DNA from: Spirogloea muscicola
Taxonomy: Eukaryota
Assembly (NCBI GenBank): GCA_009602725.1
Contig: WELB01000003.1
Location: 1,407,710 to 1,430,502 of the forward strand
DNA length: 22,793 nt
Direction of reading: 5' to 3'
Numbering within the stretch: position 1 is the stretch's first letter; each line of letters begins with the position of its first letter. Of the stretch, positions 1 through 8,287 are shown piece by piece. A program made the position numbers and the translations under genes. Under the pieces are notes generated by a model. It ran no database searches. It was not told where the DNA came from and saw nothing but the letters and a program-made list of their open reading frames with translations.

Positions 1-960
1 TCCCCTTTGGAAGAGCTCCCTTCCTCGCGGCTCATCACTCACTCGTAGTTACTGACTGGTCCATCCTACCGGCCAAGCTCTGGTACAGCGCTTTTGGCCC
101 CTTCGGACCTTGTCACATCTTTTCGGGCTGGCTGTTCACAGCCTTTGCCCACTTTGGGAGAGCCACAGTCTTTCCTTCTGTCTACAGCCAGAGGCTGCAG
201 CAAAGAAGCCGTTTCCCATTTGCCCTGCGGCTTCTTGACCCGGGGGCTCACTTGACGGTGGGCTTATGACGGAGGCCCAATGGGCTGTAGACGGCACCTT
301 CGATTGCCCTTCTAACCCTCGTCAGCGATGGAGCCCCGTCAGAGTGGGCCCCACGCGCGCCCCCTACACGCCGGCGAATGCCACTTGGCAGCAGGCCGGG
401 CCACCGCAGTCGCCGCCAGTCAACTCCCGCGGCGGGCACGGAAGCTGCACAGCTTTTGTGGTGTCCTGATCTGCGGCTGCTCACTAGGGACATTGAGAGC
501 ATCGGTAGCCACTTGAGCTGTGTAGCTGTGTGCTTCAGTGCTTTGCTGGCCCTTTTGTTCATCATCTTTATATGGGCTGGCCAATCACAGCCATCGCCCT
601 CTACTGGAAAGTACTTCTCTCATTGCCTTACATTAACAACCCATTCTGACACCCGTTCTGACATAAGCGCTTTTAGGCTCCTCCGTCAATTGGCCCCTTC
701 GAACCTTTGTCTATTCGTTTCGGGCTGGCTTTTCACAGCCCTTGTCTCCGGCCTTTTCAGATTCGTGGGCTAGCAACTCACAGCCTTTGCCACATTGCAT
801 GGGCTGCTCCTTTTGCCGGAAGATAGCACTGGCTTGAATTGGCCACCCTCGTCATTCCATGCGCACCACGCGCCTCCTCTCTTTTCTTGGGGGCTGCCCT
901 CTTACAGCCCCCATTAGCCGAGCCACTTTCTCTTTACAGCCGTCACCTTGCTTCGCAAAG
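1..960. repeat. Diverged tandem/nested pieces of the same non-coding repeat family as the 989-1741 foldback unit
   Basis: Shared blocks: 94-150 ~ 689-746 ~ 1661-1712 (TGGCCCCTT...TTTCGGGCTGG..CAGCC); 186-203 ~ 1203-1218 (AGCCAGAGGC.GCAGC); 336-360 ~ 1349-1374 (CCGTC..GAGTGGGCC.CACGC.CGC); 467-481 ~ 1588-1602 (CTGATCTGCGGCTGCT); 836-875 is the reverse complement of the GGCGCG.GGTGCGCATG.AAT...GGCCAAT block at 18085 and 18428. Boundaries are approximate. Confidence 0.6.
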
Positions 961-988
961 CTATTTGTCTTCACTTTGCCCGCTGCGT

Positions 989-1741
989 GAAGAAAGGGCT
1001 CGCCCATTGAGGATAGGGGCTGGACAAGCCAGCCCAAAAAAGAAAGAACAAAGAACGAGAAGGGGGCCAGAGGAAGCCAGAGGAAGCGCTAAGAAACCAA
1101 AGCACACAAAGAAAGAAAGCAGCTACAAATTACTCAGTAACCCCCTGCTAAGCAGCCGCAAATCAGAGAGGCTAGGGTCCTGGAAGTGGGTCCCCTGGAC
1201 AGAGCCAGAGGCAGCAGCGAGGGCTCTCCCGGCACGAAGGTGCAGCGCACGGGCCATGGACCCTACTGGATGCTGCGTGGGGGGGGACCTCGGCGGGGCG
1301 CTCCCGCCTGTGCCGCGTGGCATCTCCCTATACGCCATGCTGATTCCGCCGTCTGGAGTGGGCCGCACGCCCGCGATTGTGGTTGGCCGCCGGTCCCGCC
1401 GAGCCGGTCAAAGGCCCGGTCCTCTGCCGTGCCCGCGCAGCCTCCCCTCCTCCTCGTCCTGTATCCCTTCCTGTTCCCCCTATTCTCAATGGGCGAGCAC
1501 TTTCTTCTTCCTGTGCCGCGCCCCTCCAGCCCGCCTGGCGCTGCAGAGGACTGGCAGGGGGCCCCACTTCCAGGAGCCCAGCATCTCTGATCTGCGGCTG
1601 CTTAGCAGGGGTTACTGAGTGTCTCGTAGCAGCTTTGTTTCTGTTACTTAGCGCTTCCCCTGGCCCCCTTCTCGTACTCTGTTCATTCTTTTTCGGGCTG
1701 GTTGTTCCAGCCCCTATTCTCAATGGGCGAGCACTTTCTTC
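989..1741. mobile_element. Non-autonomous foldback/MITE-like element with ~200-bp imperfect inverted arms
   Basis: 989-~1202 (GAAGAAAGGGCTCGCCCATTGAGGATAGGGGCTGG...ACTCAGTAACCCCCTGCTAAGCAGCCGC...CCTGGAAGTGGG) aligns by eye to the reverse complement of ~1551-1741. Further arm copies at ~5673-5762 and ~18581-18683. No coding capacity recognised and no clear TSD. Confidence 0.65.
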
Positions 1742-1742
1742 T

Positions 1743-1901
1743 TCTGTGGGCCTCGCCGAGGACCGCCCCGCCGAGATCCTCGTCAAGCAGGCCCGTCGTC
1801 AAACGGGCGGCTCGTCAAAAGACAGAAGCGTCCCCTGACGCTGGACTCGCGGCATTGTGGACTCGGCGCGCCCGTGCACGGGGGGGGGCGAGGCCCACAG
1901 A
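1743..1901. repeat. 15-bp perfect inverted repeat pair abutting the right arm of the foldback unit
   Basis: TCTGTGGGCCTCGCC (1743-1757) and GGCGAGGCCCACAGA (1887-1901) are exact reverse complements. Confidence 0.7.
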
Positions 1902-1988
1902 GGAGGGCGGTAGCCCTCCCGACTGGAAGCTTCCGCGGCAACGCGCCCGGGGGAGAGAGGGGGAGGAGCGGGGGGGGAGAGGAAAGAG

Positions 1989-2053
1989 AAAGCGGCTGCT
2001 GATATGAAAGAATCGGCTGTGAAATGCCAGCCAGATGCATACAGGTGTTCATG
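1989..2053. repeat. 65-bp dispersed repeat, copy 1
   Basis: AAAGCGGCTGCTGATATGAAAGAATCGGCTGTGAAATGCCAGCCAGATGCATACAGGTGTTCATG, identical to 6123-6187. Confidence 0.9.
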
Positions 2054-2195
2054 GAGAGGGGAGCGAGGCCGGAACCATCAGCCGTCGCTGGCTCTGGCAA
2101 CGAGCTCGACGTCAAGAGAGCCCCGCGAGCAGACCGCTGGTCGCGACTCCGCCGCCAGGCCAACCGTCGTGAGCTCCCAGCGCCGCCCGCCGTCT

Positions 2196-2245
2196 CCGCC
2201 GCCGCCGCCGCCGCCGCGGATTCCGCCGCTGCCGCCGCCGCCGCN
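2196..2245. repeat. Interrupted (GCC)n microsatellite with a single N at 2245
   Basis: CCGCCGCCG runs are directly visible; the N suggests an assembly join. Confidence 0.8.
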
Positions 2246-3008
2246 CTGCCGCCAGCGCCAAGCTGCTGCCGGAATCGCCGCTGCCGCCGCCGTCACGGCT
2301 GCCGCCAGCGCCACCGGCCGTCGCTGCACGTCAGGGAAATGGCATCCGGCCCCCGCAAGTGGTGCTGGCTGCCCCAATTGCCGTCGCAGCCGCAAATCCA
2401 GCTGCCGCCTGCACCAATGCCCGCCGCTGCGAGTCAGGAGCCCCCGCATCCAGTGCCCGGCCATTGGTGCTGGCTGCCGCCGCAACTGCGGCTGCTGCCA
2501 GCACCAATGGACGCCGGGGTGCATGTCAGAACGTCAGTCCTCGGTGCCACAGCCCACTTTTGCTGCATCTGCTTACCGCCACTGACGCCAGAGCCGCCAG
2601 CCTGAGCTGCGTCTCTGCAAGAGCTTGCAGGGCCCCCCTCCAGCACACGTATGGCTGCTATTGGGCGCCCAGCAGAAGCCGGCGTGGCGTTGCGGCAGCA
2701 GCTTCCCAAACCCGGTATGGCCCTGCTGGCTTACTCTTCTATCTCACTGCTACAAGGCATCATTCCAGCTGTTTGTATCTTAAGCACCAGCAAGCATCCA
2801 AGAGGCGCTCCTCCTCATGCAGCCTGTCACCATGAGCAAATGTGAAGACGCAAATGAAGCAAGGGAGAGAAGCTACGTTCTCCCACATCTGACAAAGTTT
2901 GGCTGCGATGCTGCTGCTTGCATGTGTGCTGTTGCAGAGACTTTCCTGGACGAGGACCCAGACCTGGAGTTTCACAGCATGTGTGAGGACTGGCAGGCCT
3001 TCGGGGCC

Positions 3009-3044
3009 CCTGAGACCCCGCCTGAGACCCCGCCTGAGACCCCG
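3009..3044. repeat. 12-bp tandem repeat, 3 perfect copies
   Basis: CCTGAGACCCCG at 3009, 3021 and 3033. Confidence 0.9.
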
Positions 3045-3562
3045 CAGGAGAGGCTACCTCTCCTGTCCGCACTGCCAGCGGTAGCAGGATCAGGTCTAGG
3101 GAAGGGAGACGGCGGCGAATGTGGAGCTTGTGGAGGCTTCCAATTGTGGAAGATTACATTGTTCATATCTAGGTAGCTAATAGCGCCAGCTTGAGCTTGC
3201 TTTCTTAAAGTGACTGGTGACAGGTCTTCTCATTATGAGGACACTGGGCTTCCTGGTAGCAGGCAAGCGTATGGCCGGTAGGCTTCAAGTCCCTCTGCTA
3301 GGGACTGCCCCGCGTTAGTAAATGCGTCGCTATGGCCGTAGCGTAGTTAATATTAGCTGGTGCAAGTGCAAAGTGGAGAATCGTCTTTTTGTGTAGCCCC
3401 ACTCTGCAATAGCTTTTGGCTGAACAAAGTTATTGGCTTGATTTGGCCTCCATTATTTGATTCAAGCGCAATGTGCGCCTCTCATTCATTGTTATAGAGT
3501 TGTATGTTGAGTTGGGACGGCTACTTGGCGGGGCGCTGGGTACACACAGTACTTCAGAAGTA

Positions 3563-3592
3563 AGGCGATGGCTGTAAGAGGCCAGCCCAAAG
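3563..3592. repeat. Short fragment of the modular repeat family
   Basis: AGGCGATGGCTGTAAGAGGCCAGCCC is the reverse complement of the GGGCTGG..CAGCCATCGCC block at 573-600, and is similar to 17994-18015. Confidence 0.55.
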
Positions 3593-4606
3593 GGTTAGAT
3601 AAGACTTGAAAGGGCCAGTAGGTGCAAAAAGATGGAACTACTCTCCATGACTTCTGCAAATGGACGCTCAATAACCTACAGTCAAGAAAAGCAGATCAGC
3701 TTAAGTAGAGGGCAAAATTCTGTCGCCCTGTTGAAACCAGGACGAAGCAGCCAAGGCACGCAATGCGCGCAAGTGCACGGCAAACGCCAAAAGTCACTGC
3801 AGAGAGATTGCAAGGCTCCTTCTGTACTCGAGCAAGTGACCCGACAGCATTGGAGCCGGGCAGCTCCCTATGCCGCCCTTGACAGCAATTACAAAGTACG
3901 CCGCGCAAGCTGCTGGAGTGCTTCAAATCAGCAAGTCCAAAGCGCCACGTGGACGTCAACTGCAAGCGCGACAAAGTGGTCGCCAGCAAGGCGATCTGCG
4001 TACTTTGCTCCTTGGCACCTGCTGCTTGCCGGACTGCATAGCCCGCCTCCTCCACCGACTGTAGGAATTCCTGGAGTCAAAGCAATTGGTGGTGACTGCT
4101 ATTACTTGGGCCCTGTTCCAGCGCGTGTGGAGAGGCCAATCTGCCCCAAATTTGATGGGCATGATGGTGGAGATCGCGATGGTGACAGTGTAGCCCGCCT
4201 CCAGGAATCCGCATACATGGTGTTCCGGAGGAGGTCGTGCGTGCCGGTCCGCTCCCCTCCTCATGTGCACAGTAGCATGTGCACCGTCAAAGCCGCCGCC
4301 TCTGAGCTTCGGTCTCCGCACTCGCACTGCACCACACCACTGAGGCAGGGCGAATTGAGGCCGAGGAGGCGACGATGGCTGTCCGGAAGATGTCGTCCAG
4401 CATGCTGAGGGCCGCGTAGATGGGGAGGCAGGGGCTTCACAGCCGTGTTGAAGGAGGCCTTCTCCACCTTCTCCATGAAGTGAGTTTTTTTCACTTTGGA
4501 GGTGGGCTGTATGCATGAGGCGTGCAAACGGTGAATTGCCGCTGTCTCAGGGTGGTCCGCAAGCGGCACCTTGCGAGCCAAGCGGAGAGCTATAAAAGGA
4601 GTAGGG

Positions 4607-5190
4607 CATCAGCAGTGGCAGGAGGGATGGCATGGGGAGGACGGCCAGAAGTGCCGATGAGGGCCTTGTCGACCTGGCCTAAGTCCGTTGCAGGAGCTGC
4701 TAGAGGAGTGGAGCAGCAGCAGTGGCAGGAGGGAGGGCGGGGATGGGAAGGAATACCGGAATTGCCGATGAGGGCCTTGTCGACCTGTCCTGCGTCTGCT
4801 TCTGGAGCTGCTAGAGGAGTGGGGCAGCAGCAGTGGCAGGAGGGATGACGGTGGAGGGGGAAAGAGGGCTGGAAGTGTCGATGGGGGCTTTATTGACCTG
4901 TCCTGCGTCCTCTGCTGGAGCTGCTAGAGGAGTGAGGCAGCAGCAGTGGCAGGAGGAATAATGGAGGGGGAAAGGAGGGCCGGAAGTGCCGCTGGGGGCC
5001 TTGTTGACCCGTCCTGCGCCCACTTCTGGAGCTCCTAGAGGAGTGGGAGGCAGCAGCAAGGGGAGGAAGGATGGAGGGGGTGGAAAGGAGGGCCAAAAAT
5101 GCCGATGGGGGCCTTGGCGACCAGTCCTGCGTCTGCCTCTGGAGCTGCTAGAGGAGTGGGAAGCAGCAGCCGGAAGAATGGCAGGGGGGG
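4607..5190. repeat. Minisatellite, ~112-bp unit, ~5 diverged copies
   Basis: Anchor GGAGCT(G/C)CTAGAGGAGTG starts at 4693, 4804, 4917, 5028 and 5141 (spacings 111, 113, 111, 113). Units also carry variants of CAGCAGCAGTGGCAGGAGG and GAAGTGCCGATG.GGGCCTTG. Confidence 0.9.
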
Positions 5191-5209
5191 CGGAGGGCTG
5201 GGGGTGCCN

Positions 5210-5592
5210 ACTAGATGTCAGATACGAAGCCCTTCTGCCACCAACAAGAGCTCGGCCAGCTTTCTGGTGCAAGGCATTAGCCTGAGCACGCTGCAAACAG
5301 GCCGAAAGACGTCGTCGCAAGAAAGACAGATATGCAGCTGGCAAGCCCAACTCAGCCGGAAACACATCTGCACGACGTGTGTAGCCTAGATTGGCAATGT
5401 TTTGGAGGAGGGTGTGGAAACGAGGACCCAGACAACCAAAGACGTCGATTGCCGCTGGCAGGAGCTGATCGCATTGAGGGTAGTCGGAGTAGTGCTGCAG
5501 CTTTCTTTGTTCTGCAACGCCCACTGCGTGACCAGCAATGTGTGTTGATGCTGGTCCCTTGTCCCTCGGGGGAGGCGTGGCAGGTGAAACGC
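5210..5592 (-). mobile_element. 5'-truncated fragment of an RLE-type (CRE-like) non-LTR retrotransposon, C-terminal restriction-like endonuclease region
   Basis: Minus-strand frame reads ...FTCHASP...AGHAVGVAEQRKLQHY...LLPAAIDVFGCLGP...LLQNIA...YLSFLRRRLSACLQRAQANAL. This matches the G.A...AE..K...Y...P.A.(E/D).FG..G...L..RLS..LQR..A pattern I recall for the C-terminus of CRE-clade ORFs. There is an in-frame stop just upstream and no RT domain in the window. Confidence 0.7.
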
Positions 5593-5648
5593 TACAAGTA
5601 GTGGGCCGAGGCCAGAATTAGCAGTAGGACCAGTGACGGCCTGAATAG

Positions 5649-5765
5649 AGGGCGCGGTGCGCATGAAATGAAAGAAGAAAGGGCTCGCCCATTGGGGATA
5701 TGGGCTGAAACAGCCAGCCCAAGAAAGGATGAGCAGAGTACAAGAAATGAAAGGGGTGGCCAATG
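5649..5765. repeat. Arm of the foldback family joined to the GGCGCGGTGCGCATGAAAT block
   Basis: GGCGCGGTGCGCATGAAATGAAAG (5651-5674) is followed by AAGAAAGGGCTCGCCCATTGGGGATATGGGCTGAAACAGCCAGCCCAAG..., homologous to 989-1070. Confidence 0.75.
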
Positions 5766-6002
5766 CAACTCACTACATTGTTCAGGCCCCGATAGAGGCA
5801 CAGCCCTGCTGCTACTTGTTGCTGCACCCAACAGCCGCAGCCCTGCTGCTGCCTGCAGCACAGCCCGTCGCTGCTGCTGAAGTAAAAGTGAAGAAATGAG
5901 GGGTGGCGGGAGAAGGGGTTGGTGGGGGGAGGAGAGGTGGTAGGAGCGAGAGAGGGAGGCTCCATAGGTGAGTCAGCTGCAAGTGATTTGCGACCAGCTC
6001 AT

Positions 6003-7803
6003 CCTTGGGATTAGTATTCTCGTCAGATAGCTGCTTGATGATGTAGATGGCCACTGCAGCTATTGTGACTGGGCTCTTTCTGTGAGGCGCCAACCCCAAA
6101 GCACGCCGCCAAGATGGGAAGAAAAGCGGCTGCTGATATGAAAGAATCGGCTGTGAAATGCCAGCCAGATGCATACAGGTGTTCATGACGGAGCCAAAGG
6201 CTAGGCAGACAGGGCGCCCTCAATACCCCCGTGTCAGCAGTAGGAAGTCAGATGAGCTGAGGGGAGGAAGAGCAACCCCGCTGCGCAAGCCAGAGGCTGC
6301 TGCAAGGGCGCGACCAGCGCGGCGGTGCAAAGCAAGCGCTTTGCAGGACAAGGCAGGACAAGCACCATAACAAGTGGCTACGCATGCCAACTAGACTTGA
6401 AGGCGCAGCTCCGATCTAAAAAGCAGAAATTCACAACCAGATCAGGAGGACAAGTTCCACGCTGGGTGGCTACAAATCCCGAGATAGCAAGCGGTCACAC
6501 GGCACACTAGAGCAGCACACAGGTTGTGGGTGACAGATAAGGGCAAGAGCACACCCAACCTCACCTGAAGTCACACTTTTCAGCTGCACTGGTGACAACC
6601 TCAGAGGTGGCACGCATAGCTCTATTGTCCATTCTCAGGTGCGAGCAGAATCGCCTCTGGACTTGCAGGTGACAAGAGCTCTGAGCAAGAATTAGATGGT
6701 CAATGCATACCTCAGCTGTTCGATATATAAGCTCACAATACCTTGTCCCCTTTGTTGCACTGTAAATGCTTGCTTAGGGCCTTTGCTTGACTCTGTCTTT
6801 ATATCATCAAAGCCCATTGGTTTAGCTGCACTTCTCCCTGATGCCTGCGAAGTAACAAGTGTGGGCTGCGCACCAGGTAGTCGCCAGCGTTGGTTGTGCC
6901 CACGCGCATTTGCAGGCCCAGCTCCCCCTTGAGCTGCTTGATGATGAACGTTTTGGCACGCGCAATATCCTTCCTAACTGCCCCGTTCGCCACTGAGCAT
7001 ATCTCTGTCCCAATCGCCGGCGCACCACACAGCACAGTGAAGTTGGAGTCGCAGCCCTGCTTGCTCGCCACCAACCATGCTCTCACCCTCCTACTGCTGG
7101 TACTCACGGTGGCCTGCAGCAGGCAATGGCTGCTGCACGAAACGTGTGGGTAGCACTTGAAGGTGTCACACCATTCAATGTGCGCGGCTTGTCCTCCTCT
7201 TGGCACGCAATGTAAAGGCAGGCGGCGAGGATGGAGTCCTGGCTGCGCCCGCGGATGCTGCGCAGGTCCACGACCTTCTTGAACAGCTCATTCGCGCGGT
7301 CCTGCCCGACCAGCGCCGCCGCTGTCTCTGCCTCAATGCAACGAGCTCCCGACTGCCGCGGCGCACTTGACCAGCTCAACTATGCGCCACTGCTAAGAGC
7401 GAGAAAGCCACGTCGAGGCTAGCACGCACCTTGATCGTGGAGACGAGCCCCAGCCTGAGCACGGAGTGTGCAGCAGGTTTGCCGCCCATTAACGGCGCAG
7501 CATGGCCCGCACAGCTCGGGACTCAGGTTAGCAGACTCGGCGATGCCTGAGCGCGCCCCGACTGCGGCAGCTGCGGGCCGGCGCAGCTGGCTGGCCCTGG
7601 CGCCGCTGGAGCAGCCTAGTAGGTGAGTTGCCGCCGAAGGCAGCCCACCTATCGACCATGGTGGCTATGGCCTTGAGGGCGTCGACGAGGGAGCGGTCGG
7701 GGTCGGGCCTCCGCGCCGCCCAGCTGCGAAGGCCGCCGCCGCCAGCGGTAGCATGGGGCCCCGCCGCGGCGCCGGCTGGGCGCGCGATGACGGTGGCGAG
7801 GCC
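6003..7803 (-). pseudogene. TFIIB: Transcription initiation factor IIB copy, intron-containing; 5' end in an assembly gap, last exon missing (probable pseudogene or truncated paralog)
   Basis: Exons (minus): gap..7803-7649 (GLATVIARP...PDPDRSLVDALKAIATMVD), 7454-7430 (RLGLVSTIK), 7301-7172 (DRANELFKK...[27 protein letters not shown]), 7004-6874 (EICSVANGAVRKDIARAKTFIIKQL...GTTNAGDYL), 6656-6565 (RRFCSHL...), 6079-6003 (RKSPVTIAAVAIYIIKQLSD..PK). Five GT-AG introns keep phase. The next donor reads G|ATGAGC instead of G|GTGAGC, and no DIS..TGVAE.TIR..YKDL exon was found downstream. Confidence 0.75.
6123..6187. repeat. 65-bp dispersed repeat, copy 2, inside TFIIB intron 5
   Basis: Identical to 1989-2053. 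A second family block (AGCCAGAGGCTGCTGCAAGGGC, 6288-6310) lies in the same intron. Confidence 0.9.
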
Positions 7804-7984
7804 NNNNNNNNNNNNNNNNNNNNNNNNNNNNNNNNNNNNNNNNNNNNNNNNNNNNNNNNNNNNNNNNNNNNNNNNNNNNNNNNNNNNNNNNNNNNNNNNN
7901 NNNNNNNNNNNNNNNNNNNNNNNNNNNNNNNNNNNNNNNNNNNNNNNNNNNNNNNNNNNNNNNNNNNNNNNNNNNNNNNNNNNN
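7804..7984. other. Assembly gap (181 N), probably containing the TFIIB start codon and Zn ribbon
   Basis: The TFIIB reading frame runs into the gap at the GGL.TVI motif, and the far side is a GCC-rich 5'UTR-like sequence. Confidence 0.9.
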
Positions 7985-8287
7985 AGCGGCGGCGGAGGCG
8001 GCGGCGGCCGCGGAGGCGGCGGCGGCGGCGGCGGAGGGGGCGTCGGAGAGTGTCGAGAGAGAGTCAGCGTATGTCAACGCAAGTCGGAGTCAGCGGGCGT
8101 CAACAGGAGAAGGCGGCAGCCGAGCTGACGTGGCGGCGGTAGAAGGCCAGCCGAGCCGGCGGGGGATCCTGGCCCCCCCTACGGCGGCGGCCATGGCGCT
8201 GCGGCGGCGGCGGCGGCGGCGGGCGAGGCCGCAGCCTTGCGGCGGCGGCGGCGGTGGCTGCGGCGGCGGCGGCGGCGGCGACGGCGG
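7985..8287. repeat. Very GC-rich region with (GGC)n tracts (7986-8035, 8201-8287); likely TFIIB 5'UTR/promoter
   Basis: GGC runs are directly visible, and the same architecture occurs at the 5' ends of VHA-B, CYP and eIF3k. Confidence 0.65.

Noticed and set aside
124..910. Recurrent GGCTG..CAGCC units as a CRISPR-like array
   Set aside because: Irregular spacing, degenerate units on both strands, eukaryotic context and no cas genes.
1997..2030. CTGATATGAAA...GAAA as a hammerhead ribozyme core
   Set aside because: The CUGANGA consensus is not met and I could not build the three stems.
66..2835. Many long overlapping ORFs (for example 839-1618, 2004-2585, 2024-2605)
   Set aside because: Low-complexity Pro/Ala/Arg translations of GC-rich repeats, no recognisable domain; some cross an N.
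2817..3176. 119-aa ORF with PETP repeats and CGACGG
   Set aside because: No recognisable family; the peptide repeat just reflects the 12-bp DNA repeat. A lineage-specific exon cannot be excluded.
3288..3345. Hairpin AGTCCCT-N5-AGGGACT and palindrome GCTATGGCCGTAGC as a Helitron 3' end
   Set aside because: Followed by TTAG rather than CTRR, and no second copy or 5' end was identified.
3632..4408. 258-aa ORF with an exon-like segment around 4066-4219
   Set aside because: No recognisable homology or consistent gene model; needs BLASTX or RNA-seq.
4811..5208. Continuation of the 237-aa minus-strand ORF through the minisatellite
   Set aside because: It crosses the N at 5209 and translates a tandem repeat; only the part above 5209 looks protein-like.
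5997..6002. AT donor in TFIIB as a U12 AT-AC intron
   Set aside because: The sequence is ATGAGC, not the U12 consensus ATATCC, and no downstream exon was found.
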